Shown piece by piece: positions 18,876 through 26,346 of a stretch of DNA of 64,000 bases; position 1 is the first letter of the stretch; each line of letters begins with the position of its first letter. The stretch lies in IMG/VR virus record IMGVR_UViG_3300009987_000001, positions 1 through 64,000 of that record. One strand, written 5' to 3'. The DNA is from a virus. The translations under genes and the position numbers were made by a program. The notes under the pieces are model-generated. The model was not told where the DNA came from. It was given only the letters and a program-made list of their open reading frames with translations, and did not search any database.

Positions 18876-18950
18876 TGGGGTGCCTGCCGGGGTTCGAACC
18901 CGGTCCGCTGGATTCACAGTCCAGAAACCTCCCGATCGGTCTCCAGGCAC
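18876..18950 (-). tRNA. tRNA-His (anticodon GTG), CCA encoded, no encoded G-1
   Basis: Manual cloverleaf: acceptor GTGCCTG/CAGGCAC, D stem GACC/GGTT, anticodon stem CTGGA/TCCAG with loop CTGTGAA, T arm CCGGG-TTCGAAC-CCCGG, discriminator C, then CCA. Confidence 0.8.
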
Positions 18951-19487
18951 AGACTTGAGCATGCCAGAGCTGTGAGAGTTTTTCCACGTGTACGCGCGAG
19001 GAGCGCCCACCGGAAAATTTCCTGCCGCGCTTTCGCAAGGTACCGGTACCGCTCGCTTTTTCCGTCAGACGAAGAGGGGCCCCTCACGTGCGCGCGTAGA
19101 AAAATTCCGCTGCTTTTTGTGGTGACTAAGGAATAGATCGCGCGGGCCTAAAGCCCCGAAATCTTTTCAGCTCGCCGTGAAGTATGAGGCTCATTTTGGC
19201 GGCGGAGATCGGATTCGGCGCAGCGCCAGGGAGCCAGATTGGCGCATAACGTGGAAATTGTTAAATGCCCGGTATGTCATAAGTCATTGATATCCCTCGA
19301 GATTACGAGGACAGCGCAGATTATTTCGAGCTCACTGCGACAAAACAACAGCAAATCTGATGCCGGCCGATCTCGGCCAGTGCTGTCAATCCATAAGTCG
19401 CCGCTTATGTATCAGTTCACGCGCGTGTAGTGCTCTCCTCCGCGTTTCGTTTGCCATAAATCGCAAGAAACACCGGAGCACAGCGAT

Positions 19488-19507
19488 ACTGAACCGATCG
19501 GTTCAGT
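19488..19507. promoter_or_regulatory. Perfect 20-bp palindrome (operator candidate)
   Basis: ACTGAACCGATCGGTTCAGT in the divergent intergenic region. Confidence 0.4.
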
Positions 19508-19539
19508 GTTTAAGATCCTCAACACAAGTGTTTAAAAGA

Positions 19540-19567
19540 TTGCAACATATAACTGGCCAGTTATGAA
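19540..19567 (+). promoter_or_regulatory. Candidate sigma70-type early promoter with a palindromic operator in the spacer
   Basis: TTGCAA (19540-45), a 16-nt spacer, then TATGAA (19562-67). The spacer contains the perfect 16-bp palindrome ATAACTGGCCAGTTAT (19549-64). It lies ~115 nt upstream of the first early ATG. Confidence 0.4.
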
Positions 19568-19682
19568 TCAGCGAATCCCCTCACACAGAAAGGCATTTCC
19601 GATGGATATTTTTTGCCTTGCCACGCATTATGTAAGCGCCGATTGAGGACTATCCCCTATTGACATCTTTGGAGTTTGCGAA

Positions 19683-20291
19683 ATGAGCGATATTGAGTTG
19701 ACCACTGCCGGTAAGGCCCGAGCGCTGCAGGCGATCGAAGCAGTACATCAGGCATATGTGGCTAAGGACGGGTTGCGCGCCGCTCGCGAGCACTACGCAA
19801 AACAGCATGCAGGGACCTGCGCACACATTTACAGCCTCGCAAAATGGGCATGTGCGCATACCGAGACGCTGCCCAGTGCAGTTGTCACGTTCGTTGCCCT
19901 TTGCGCACATGCCGAGACTGAATACAAAGCCAAGCTCGGATTAACTGAGGATAAATTCGCGAAGGAGCTTGCCGCATGGCGCGTATTCAAATCGCAGATA
20001 AAGTGCTCGATGCAGCTAGGGCTATCACCTGCCAAACACTCCACACTGCACCAGCTCAAACAAGCCAGGGACGCTAAGGCCGCTCGACGCAAGCGCGCAC
20101 TCCGGCCTAAGACCGTGCACCGCATGCTTGCTGGCTCATTACATGCTGAGGTTGCCGAGCCGCTCGAAGCGCTGATATTGGCTGCGCAGAACGTGCCGCG
20201 CACATCTCGCGTTGCGAGCGTAGTCAAGCGTGCGCTACGCGAAGTAACAGTGATGGAAAAGCGTGCGAAATCAGAGTTGCGCGCTGCATAG
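19683..20291 (+). CDS. Early protein, function unknown
   Basis: 202-aa ORF with GGAG 9 nt upstream. First gene of the rightward block. The minus ORF 19829..20308 is a shadow. Confidence 0.65.
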   Translation: MSDIELTTAGKARALQAIEAVHQAYVAKDGLRAAREHYAKQHAGTCAHIYSLAKWACAHTETLPSAVVTFVALCAHAETEYKAKLGLTEDKFAKELAAWRVFKSQIKCSMQLGLSPAKHSTLHQLKQARDAKAARRKRALRPKTVHRMLAGSLHAEVAEPLEALILAAQNVPRTSRVASVVKRALREVTVMEKRAKSELRAA

Positions 20292-20300
20292 CGATAAACC

Positions 20301-20323
20301 GCTTGCATTTGTTGAACAAATAA
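20301..20323 (+). repeat. 23-bp motif CTTGCATTTGTTGAACAAATAAT, copy 1
   Basis: Identical to 23963-23985. Contains the palindrome ATTTGT-TGA-ACAAAT and TTGCAT. Confidence 0.6.
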
Positions 20324-20373
20324 TAATAAGCTCGCTCCTGTTCCGGCAATTCCGCCAAACAGGAGCGAGCAAG

Positions 20374-20604
20374 ATGGAAATCACGATTAGGGAACTGCAG
20401 GACATCTGCGAGAACGCAGACGCTCCGCGCGTTGTCATCGCACTGGCCGAGATCGGCCTCTTTGCCCAAGTCACAGTTGGTCTTAACCAGCTCCTTTCGG
20501 ATGCTGAGCGGCAGCTATTGCGGACTCTCGCTGGCGATGCCTTTGGTGGCTGGAATACTGCCCGAGCAATCGCGGCTTTGATTCTGCTCAAGCATTGCTC
20601 GTGA
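20374..20604 (+). CDS. Early protein, function unknown
   Basis: MEITIRELQD... with AGGAG 8 nt upstream. The track ORF 20263..20604 begins earlier, in non-coding-looking sequence. Confidence 0.6.
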   Translation: MEITIRELQDICENADAPRVVIALAEIGLFAQVTVGLNQLLSDAERQLLRTLAGDAFGGWNTARAIAALILLKHCS

Positions 20605-20651
20605 GGCTTGCGCGTTGCCTACTGGCCACCAGTGGGCAATTCGGAATCCTC
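20603..20651 (+). repeat. Intercistronic long-hairpin element, copy 1
   Basis: GAGGCTTGCGCG / TTGCCTACTGG-CCA-CCAGTGGGCAA (one T.G) / TTCGGAATCCTC. It starts on the TGA of 20374..20604. Confidence 0.85.
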
Positions 20652-20675
20652 ATACGTCAACCGGAGAAACACCAA

Positions 20676-21275
20676 ATGAACATCACCTCACACATGATCT
20701 ACTCGTTAGGCTTGGACGTTTTCTTTTCTGACCGCGGTCTAGACGGCATGTATTTCATTGCTGGTGGGCAAGTACACGTCAAGTGCAGTGGCGGTTACAC
20801 CCTTAGCGAAATCGAGTACATCCGCAAGGATATGCTCGCTATCCAAAAGGCTTACGACTCGGGTGCGTTTGCCGGTGGATTCAATTCGGACGAAGAGTGC
20901 GACGCCGCTACCTCGTTTGCTCGCGAGGCAGAGCAAGACGTCTGCGACGAGTACGGCGCGAATTCGCCCGAAGCGCTTGCAGTAAGCGAGGCGCGCAACG
21001 CAGTCTTTGAGGCGCAGTACAAACCCAAGGCAACCGACAATGGATTGAGCTGGTCGGAATTGCTCGCACAAGTGCGTGCTTTGGGGCTTACGCTCCGGCG
21101 AAATGATGACGAATACCGGCTCAACGCCAAAGGCGCGAAGGAAGCTAGCGCGTATTACACAAACGATCGCGAAGACGTGCTTAGCACTGCGCTGTGTTGG
21201 GGCGATGTTTGCAAAGCTCGCAACGTCGCACGTCGCACGGGCCAGCTTACTGACTGGTCGACCGTGGCACGCTGA
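20676..21275 (+). CDS. Early protein, function unknown
   Basis: MNITSHMIYS... begins 25 nt after element 1 with GGAG upstream. The track ORF 20595 start would read through the element. Confidence 0.6.
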   Translation: MNITSHMIYSLGLDVFFSDRGLDGMYFIAGGQVHVKCSGGYTLSEIEYIRKDMLAIQKAYDSGAFAGGFNSDEECDAATSFAREAEQDVCDEYGANSPEALAVSEARNAVFEAQYKPKATDNGLSWSELLAQVRALGLTLRRNDDEYRLNAKGAKEASAYYTNDREDVLSTALCWGDVCKARNVARRTGQLTDWSTVAR

Positions 21276-21317
21276 GGTTTGCGCGCTGCCCAGCGTGCTG
21301 GGCAGTTCGGAATCCTC
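21274..21317 (+). repeat. Intercistronic long-hairpin element, copy 2
   Basis: GAGGTTTGCGCG / CTGCCCAG-CGTG-CTGGGCAG / TTCGGAATCCTC. The stem sequence differs from copy 1 but pairing is kept. Confidence 0.85.
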
Positions 21318-21337
21318 ACAACACGGAAGCCACAACC

Positions 21338-22573
21338 ATGACAACAACCGCTCGGTATTACACCACCATCGCAGGGCAGCCAGTGCCGCTGCAGGGAGTG
21401 ACTTTCATCACTCCCGAGCAAGCAGATGCATGCGACAACCTGCAAGCCTCGGAATCAATTCGTCGCGTCATGCACAACGGTACTCTCGCAGTGGGCACAG
21501 TAGAGTCAGTGGGTGGTTTGTTCGAGGCTGATCGATGCATCGCCTACAGCAACACACCCTCACGTCACAAGTGCGATGCTCGCTGTATGAACGCAGTGGG
21601 CAATCAGTGTGAGTGTTCTTGCGGAGGTATGAATCACGGGAAAGGCGGATTCTCGGCGCTGGATTGGACCGCGCTTGAAGAAGTGCTGAGCGAGGAAGAT
21701 AGCGACGCAGCCGATTTTGGCACTGTACGTGCCGCTAAGCCTGCCGTGGCGCTAATCGAGCCTGCCGCGCAACTGGGCATGGGTGTCGACCGCAGCGTCG
21801 CTACGATCGCCAAATATCGCTGCAACAATTGCGGCGGTTCGGGTCGCTGGAAACCAACGCCATGGCATGCCCGTTCATGGCCCTGCAATAAGTGCCACGG
21901 TAAAGGCTTGCTCAAGACTGATCCCGCAGTGCTCCAAAAACGTCGCGAGGACAAAGCGCGCAAACAGATGCAGGCACGTGAGGAATATCGCGCCGCGCAC
22001 GCTGATGTGTTCGCTTGGCTCGATTCACAAGCGAGTAAACACAGCCAGTTTGCTGAATCCTTGCTCGCTGCGTTCCTCAAATGGGGAACGCTCACTGAAG
22101 GACAGATTGCCGCGGTTCGCCGATCGCTGGTACGTGATGCTGAGCATGCAGCTAAGGCTAAGGTTGTCGATGCTGTCGTTACCGGTGGCGGATTCGATCG
22201 CATGATTGACGCGTTCAAAGCTGCCAAAGCCAGCGGCTTGAAGTATCCGAAGTTTCAGGTTGGCAGTTACGTATTCCAACCTGCAACAGCCAACTCGAAG
22301 TACCCTAACGCGATCTTCGTCAAGGGTGGTCGCAGTTTCCAGAGTGCCTATTACGGGCGCATTGAAGCTAATGGAGACTTCTTTGCCGCTCGCGAGTGCA
22401 CCAGCGAGCATCGAGCCGCTATCCTCGAAATCTGCAAGGATCCGTTCGCTGCTGCCGTCATGCACGGCAAGCAAACCGGCTCGTGTAGCTGCTGTGGCCG
22501 CACTCTGGAGAACGAAGAGAGTGTACGGCTAGGCATCGGTCCAATTTGTCGCGGCAAGTGGGGATTAGGCTAA
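21338..22573 (+). CDS. Zinc-finger protein with DnaJ-type CxxCxGxG repeats and a DUF6011-like C-terminus
   Basis: CNNCGGSGRW...CNKCHGKG, and a C-terminal GSCSCCGRTLENEESVRLGIGPICRGKWG (C..CGR.L....S...GIGP.C as I recall for DUF6011). Confidence 0.6.
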   Translation: MTTTARYYTTIAGQPVPLQGVTFITPEQADACDNLQASESIRRVMHNGTLAVGTVESVGGLFEADRCIAYSNTPSRHKCDARCMNAVGNQCECSCGGMNHGKGGFSALDWTALEEVLSEEDSDAADFGTVRAAKPAVALIEPAAQLGMGVDRSVATIAKYRCNNCGGSGRWKPTPWHARSWPCNKCHGKGLLKTDPAVLQKRREDKARKQMQAREEYRAAHADVFAWLDSQASKHSQFAESLLAAFLKWGTLTEGQIAAVRRSLVRDAEHAAKAKVVDAVVTGGGFDRMIDAFKAAKASGLKYPKFQVGSYVFQPATANSKYPNAIFVKGGRSFQSAYYGRIEANGDFFAARECTSEHRAAILEICKDPFAAAVMHGKQTGSCSCCGRTLENEESVRLGIGPICRGKWGLG

Positions 22574-22620
22574 GAGGCTTGCGCGTTGCCCACTGCATCA
22601 GTGGGCAATTCGGAATCCTC
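22574..22620 (+). repeat. Intercistronic long-hairpin element, copy 3
   Basis: GAGGCTTGCGCG / TTGCCCACTG-CAT-CAGTGGGCAA / TTCGGAATCCTC. The whole 47 nt folds as a 22-position stem with 3 mismatches and one G.U pair. Confidence 0.85.
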
Positions 22621-22642
22621 ACAACGGACAAGGAGTGCAAAG

Positions 22643-22918
22643 ATGAATTACCAAATGGCGATATATGCCGCGCAAGTCCTACTGTGTGACATGCGAGGAA
22701 ATCCTCAACCCGTGAAAAGCCGCATCGTCCGCAAGATGCGAGGGGGGAGCCAAGCGCAAAAGCGCTTGAAACTGCGAGACGGCAGCGGCTGTTACTCTCG
22801 GGCCGCTATGCGTGCGTATGGCATGCTTGGACAGTTCATTCCGCGTACTCCGGAAGCTATAGCCAACGCTATGGCTAAGTTGCGGCGTCTAAATGGTCCA
22901 GTAAATAGAGTCTGGTAG
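22643..22918 (+). CDS. Early protein, function unknown
   Basis: MNYQMAIYAAQ... with GGAG 8 nt upstream, 22 nt after element 3. Confidence 0.55.
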   Translation: MNYQMAIYAAQVLLCDMRGNPQPVKSRIVRKMRGGSQAQKRLKLRDGSGCYSRAAMRAYGMLGQFIPRTPEAIANAMAKLRRLNGPVNRVW

Positions 22919-22966
22919 AGGCTTGCGCGTTGCCCGCTGGCACCAGTGGGCAATTCGGAATCCTCC
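22918..22966 (+). repeat. Intercistronic long-hairpin element, copy 4
   Basis: GAGGCTTGCGCG / TTGCCCGCTGG-CAC-CCAGTGGGCAA (one G.T) / TTCGGAATCCTC. Overlaps the TAG stop. Confidence 0.85.
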
Positions 22967-22989
22967 GCAACACAGTGAGTGCTCTAAAA

Positions 22990-23403
22990 ATGGAAAAGCC
23001 TCTTTACGCTGCGATTGCCGAGCTTGTGGCTGCTCGGGACAACTGCAAGGAATCAGCCAAGCGTGACGCCACTGGACACTACAGGCATCAGATGCAGCTG
23101 CACGAGCAGCGGTTGCTTGCGCTGGTAACGAACCACATGCCTAGCGGTGCAGGGTTCGACAACGCAACCACAATCGAGCTTGATAGATGCAGCCGCAACA
23201 TGCTCGTGTTCACTGTGCGTTTCCACCACATGAACGAACAAGGGTCTTACGATGGCTGGACTACGCACACAGTGCGCGTAACGCCAGACATGGTGTCAGA
23301 CATACAACTCTCGATTAGTGGTCGCAACAGAAACGACGTCAAGGAGCATATACACCAAGCATTCGACATCGCATTGCGGGCAACCGCCACTTGGATTTAC
23401 TAG
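22990..23403 (+). CDS. Early protein, function unknown
   Basis: MEKPLYAAIAEL..., preceded by the conserved leader CAGTGAGTGCTC. Confidence 0.55.
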   Translation: MEKPLYAAIAELVAARDNCKESAKRDATGHYRHQMQLHEQRLLALVTNHMPSGAGFDNATTIELDRCSRNMLVFTVRFHHMNEQGSYDGWTTHTVRVTPDMVSDIQLSISGRNRNDVKEHIHQAFDIALRATATWIY

Positions 23404-23415
23404 AGGGCTGAACTA

Positions 23416-23613
23416 ATGTTGCAACGTCAAGAATTTATGGCAAAAGTAAAAGCTTTCTCGCAGAATCACGCGAGCGAGCACCGAATATTGGTGGATGAAT
23501 ACGACGCAGTGTATGTGTATGACAGTGTTGCGAAGCATTACACGGTCCTGCACGGCCTGAGTGTGGCGCAACAGCGCAGACTCCGTGTGATCGCTCAAAA
23601 ACGCCGCAAGTAA
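23416..23613 (+). CDS. Early small protein, function unknown
   Basis: 65-aa ORF followed 2 nt later by element 5. Confidence 0.5.
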   Translation: MLQRQEFMAKVKAFSQNHASEHRILVDEYDAVYVYDSVAKHYTVLHGLSVAQQRRLRVIAQKRRK

Positions 23614-23615
23614 TC

Positions 23616-23662
23616 GAGGCTTGCATGTTGCCCACTGACTCAGTGGGCAATCTGGAATCCTC
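23616..23662 (+). repeat. Intercistronic long-hairpin element, copy 5 (diverged flanks)
   Basis: GAGGCTTGCATG / TTGCCCACTG-ACT-CAGTGGGCAA / TCTGGAATCCTC. Confidence 0.8.
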
Positions 23663-23680
23663 CGCAACTTAGAGAGTGCC

Positions 23681-23833
23681 ATGTGCCATGAAATTTGTGA
23701 CTACTGCAAGCAGCCTGTACTCCCTGGCGAGCCGCGCCACGCAATCACCGGCCGGCATTGGGAGTGCCAACGCCGATATGAAAACGAGCTTGCGCAACGC
23801 AACGACAAGCCAAAAGAAGACAAAGCGCGGTAG
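23681..23833 (+). CDS. Possible 50-aa Cys-rich (zinc-ribbon-like) protein
   Basis: ATG 23681 follows the GAGAGTGCC leader seen before other early ATGs. MCHEICDYCKQPVLPGEPRHAITGRHWECQRRYENE... The frame differs from track ORF 23676..23984. Confidence 0.45.
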   Translation: MCHEICDYCKQPVLPGEPRHAITGRHWECQRRYENELAQRNDKPKEDKAR

Positions 23834-23984
23834 GCCGCGTCGCTACGCTAAAGGCAGCACGCGATTGCCGGTGACCATCGAACCGCACGTACTTGCAGCT
23901 TGGAAGAGAGCAGGCGGAACTGACTTGGCTGGCGACATCGCTGCAGCCTTCGCCGAAAAGTTCTTGCATTTGTTGAACAAATAA
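23778..23984 (+). CDS. Small basic protein, possible RHH-type DNA binder (start uncertain)
   Basis: The C-terminal two-thirds of track ORF 23676..23984 (KRGRPRRYAKGSTRLPVTIEPHVLAAWKRAGG...) looks coding. The N-terminal third looks like the out-of-frame image of 23681..23833. Confidence 0.45.
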   Translation: MKTSLRNATTSQKKTKRGRPRRYAKGSTRLPVTIEPHVLAAWKRAGGTDLAGDIAAAFAEKFLHLLNK

Positions 23985-23985
23985 T
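23963..23985 (+). repeat. 23-bp motif CTTGCATTTGTTGAACAAATAAT, copy 2
   Basis: Identical to 20301-20323. Here it overlaps the last codons and stop of 23778..23984. Confidence 0.6.
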
Positions 23986-24021
23986 CCAGACTTCAATTCC
24001 CTAGCTTATAGAGTGCATCGT

Positions 24022-24942
24022 ATGAAAACACTTCCTGCCACGATTGTCCCGTATCGAATCGACACCTCCACGGCAAAAGGTACTGCAGCGTACAAGGAAC
24101 TACAAGACAGGCTCTTGGCTCGCGGGTTCCGTCCGATGAATGTGAATCTGGACGGCAACTACTCGCAGACGACGGCTGATAGCCATAAGTTCGTAGAGAC
24201 AATCGACGCAATCACTAAAGCCGGTGGTCGCGTCGAGATCGAGACGAAACACTTGTTTGCTGATCAGTGGAATACTGCGCCACAGCCAGAGTACGGCTCA
24301 GATAAGGGACTGCGAATTCATCAATGGTGCCGGTTCGAGTATCGCAATCGACACATGCAACACGGGTATTATGTGGAACTGTCTCCCGAGTTGTCTGAGC
24401 TCGTGAGTAAGACTTTGGTGTGTGGCTATTGCGGCACACAGTACGCGCCAGGTACGCCTCGCTCGGCTAGCCATCCCGTTCAGTTCTGTGAAAGCTGCAT
24501 CGGTAGTCCGTATCTCAAGCAATCAGATCTGTATCTGACTCGCCTGCGACCAGTGTCCGCAGAAAGGATCCGCAACGATCGACCGCCGCTCAGCACGGAA
24601 GAATCCGCTGTGCTGGTTCCTGCCTTCGCTCAACGGTTGGCAAAGGCTAATGTGATCTTGGTTGCGAAGAAGAAAGCGCAGATTGAAAGGAACTTCGAAC
24701 TTGCCAGCGAGGAACGCACGGCTGCGCATTGGATACTCGATCACTTTGGACCTGCACTGCTCGACAACTACATTTTTTACAGTCACAAAGAACCGCCCAA
24801 AGCACGTCATTGCTTCGGTTGGCGAATACCGTTGAGTAATGACGAAGTGTCGTTTGTACTCGATAAAATCAGCGAGTTCCCTTACGCGTATCAGCTCAAG
24901 ACTGAATCGCGCGGAGTGTTGGAAAGCTACAGCGAGGCATGA
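24022..24942 (+). CDS. Early protein with a CxxC...CxxC cluster, function unknown
   Basis: ATG 24022 is preceded by the GAGTGC leader (the track starts at GTG 24013). VCGYCGTQY...FCESCIGSPY. Confidence 0.6.
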   Translation: MKTLPATIVPYRIDTSTAKGTAAYKELQDRLLARGFRPMNVNLDGNYSQTTADSHKFVETIDAITKAGGRVEIETKHLFADQWNTAPQPEYGSDKGLRIHQWCRFEYRNRHMQHGYYVELSPELSELVSKTLVCGYCGTQYAPGTPRSASHPVQFCESCIGSPYLKQSDLYLTRLRPVSAERIRNDRPPLSTEESAVLVPAFAQRLAKANVILVAKKKAQIERNFELASEERTAAHWILDHFGPALLDNYIFYSHKEPPKARHCFGWRIPLSNDEVSFVLDKISEFPYAYQLKTESRGVLESYSEA

Positions 24943-24988
24943 GGCTTGCGCGTTGCCTAGCTGTGTAGCTGGGCAATTCGGAATCCTT
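24941..24988 (+). repeat. Intercistronic long-hairpin element, copy 6
   Basis: GAGGCTTGCGCG / TTGCCTAGCT-GTGT-AGCTGGGCAA (one T.G) / TTCGGAATCCTT. Confidence 0.85.
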
Positions 24989-25008
24989 AGCCACTAGACG
25001 GAGGACTA

Positions 25009-25224
25009 ATGAACGTTCGAAAGGGTATGCAAGTCAAAGCGCACTTGCCGCGCGGCGGCCATATCACCGGTAAGGTGATGCGGATCGACCGGTCATCGAA
25101 CTTTGCTCGCGCCTATGGAGCGCAAGCGACGCTCGACACTGGTTATACGGTGGGCGTCGGTGATGTGTTCGAAATCATCGACGCCATCGATAAGCGAGTC
25201 ACCGAAGAGAGCAAGCAGGCATGA
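25009..25224 (+). CDS. Early small protein, function unknown
   Basis: 71-aa ORF with GGAGG 5 nt upstream. Confidence 0.6.
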   Translation: MNVRKGMQVKAHLPRGGHITGKVMRIDRSSNFARAYGAQATLDTGYTVGVGDVFEIIDAIDKRVTEESKQA

Positions 25225-25469
25225 GAAACATAGCTGCAGCGCTAAGCGCGTCGCGCATGAACGTGTCATACGACAAAGCCAGGATGCTTTACCACGGCGG
25301 TTACATCAGTGAGCTGGAGTGGCGATGGTTTGCTTTCTTCTGGGAGTGGTACTGCTTCCGCCACACTGACCGGCAGGAACGCGCGTGGCGCAAGCTCGGT
25401 ACCGAGGGTATGGAACGACGCTATGCACGCGTACGCGCGTTGCGAGATCGCCTAGCCCGTAGTAATTGA
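25221..25469 (+). CDS. Early small protein (Trp-rich), function unknown
   Basis: 82-aa ORF with an ATGA overlap with 25009..25224. Confidence 0.6.
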   Translation: MRNIAAALSASRMNVSYDKARMLYHGGYISELEWRWFAFFWEWYCFRHTDRQERAWRKLGTEGMERRYARVRALRDRLARSN

Positions 25470-25512
25470 GGCTTGCGCGCTGCGTCCGTGTCGGGCGCAG
25501 TTCGGAATCCTT
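25468..25512 (+). repeat. Intercistronic long-hairpin element, copy 7
   Basis: GAGGCTTGCGCG / CTGCGTCCG-TGT-CGGGCGCAG (one T.G; the stem sequence is unrelated to copy 3) / TTCGGAATCCTT. Confidence 0.85.
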
Positions 25513-25535
25513 AACCAACAGTGAGTGCTCTATTT

Positions 25536-25928
25536 ATGCAACTCAAAGTGATAGCTTGCGGTCATATCGACGATGACAGCTCTGCTGGCAAAGCAATAGA
25601 CCCTGCCACCGGATCACGAATCTGCAAGCGCTGCGCTGCCAGAAGAGAACGGCAGTACATGATCACAACCGGCCTTGCTGGCTTGTATCTCACGACTCCT
25701 ACGGTCCCTGCCGATCAGGCGCGCAGCACGGACTATCACGTGACTGACTGGCTAGGCGGCCTTAGCTTCCCGGTGTTCAACTACAAACACTCCAAACAAG
25801 GGGGCGGGTTCGGAGCGCAACGCGAGGACTTTGATTTTGTCGGTCCTGATGGCTTCATCTGGCACGGTATCGTGCGAGGGGATATGCAGTTTGCGCGCTG
25901 CAAGCGTACCAAGCGCAAGAGCAAGTGA
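25536..25928 (+). CDS. Early protein, function unknown
   Basis: MQLKVIACGH..., preceded by CAGTGAGTGCTC. The track start GTG 25521 is less likely. Confidence 0.55.
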   Translation: MQLKVIACGHIDDDSSAGKAIDPATGSRICKRCAARRERQYMITTGLAGLYLTTPTVPADQARSTDYHVTDWLGGLSFPVFNYKHSKQGGGFGAQREDFDFVGPDGFIWHGIVRGDMQFARCKRTKRKSK

Positions 25929-25940
25929 TTCGAGATCCTT
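25929..25940 (+). repeat. Hairpin-less remnant of the intercistronic element (3' flank plus leader only)
   Basis: TTCGAGATCCTTAACCAACAGTGAGTGCT matches the 3' flank and leader of copy 7. The 5' box and stem are absent. Confidence 0.6.
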
Positions 25941-25962
25941 AACCAACAGTGAGTGCTTCGAT

Positions 25963-26346
25963 ATGGAACTGCCAAAACATTTCACAGTGATGAATAACGG
26001 CGATCTCGAGCGATGGATGCCGCACATTGGACCGATCGCAACCAAGCTCGTGCGACCGGGTTATGCTGTCACGCATCCGAGGATCACAAACACCCACGAA
26101 TTGCGTGCGACATTGCGTAACGGCAGCGTGAGCACTTGGGGTAGCTACACGCTGATGTTTCTGTGCACCGATGGTGGAGCGCTGTGTTTCGACTGTGCCC
26201 GAGAGAACTATCGCGAGATCTCCGCATCAATTCGATATGGGTACAGGGATGGCTGGCGCGTAGCTGCCGTCATCTCAGAGTCAGATTGTGTCGACCCTGT
26301 TTCGTGCGATCACTGCAACAAGGTAGTGATTCACTCTGCAGAGTGA
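25963..26346 (+). CDS. Early protein (Cys-rich C-terminal half), function unknown
   Basis: MELPKHFTVMNNG..., preceded by GAGTGC. LCFDCAREN...CDHCNK. Confidence 0.55.
   Translation: MELPKHFTVMNNGDLERWMPHIGPIATKLVRPGYAVTHPRITNTHELRATLRNGSVSTWGSYTLMFLCTDGGALCFDCARENYREISASIRYGYRDGWRVAAVISESDCVDPVSCDHCNKVVIHSAE

Noticed and set aside
18876-18950. tRNA-His as a prophage attachment-site boundary, with the TrxR-like gene as host flank
   Set aside because: Phage genes continue on both sides, no integrase is present, and no duplicated tRNA 3' segment is seen in the window.
19239-19430. 63-aa + ORF with CPVCHK in the control region
   Set aside because: It has only one CxxC, no RBS and an atypical start. 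It sits in an AT-richer regulatory stretch and is more likely non-coding.
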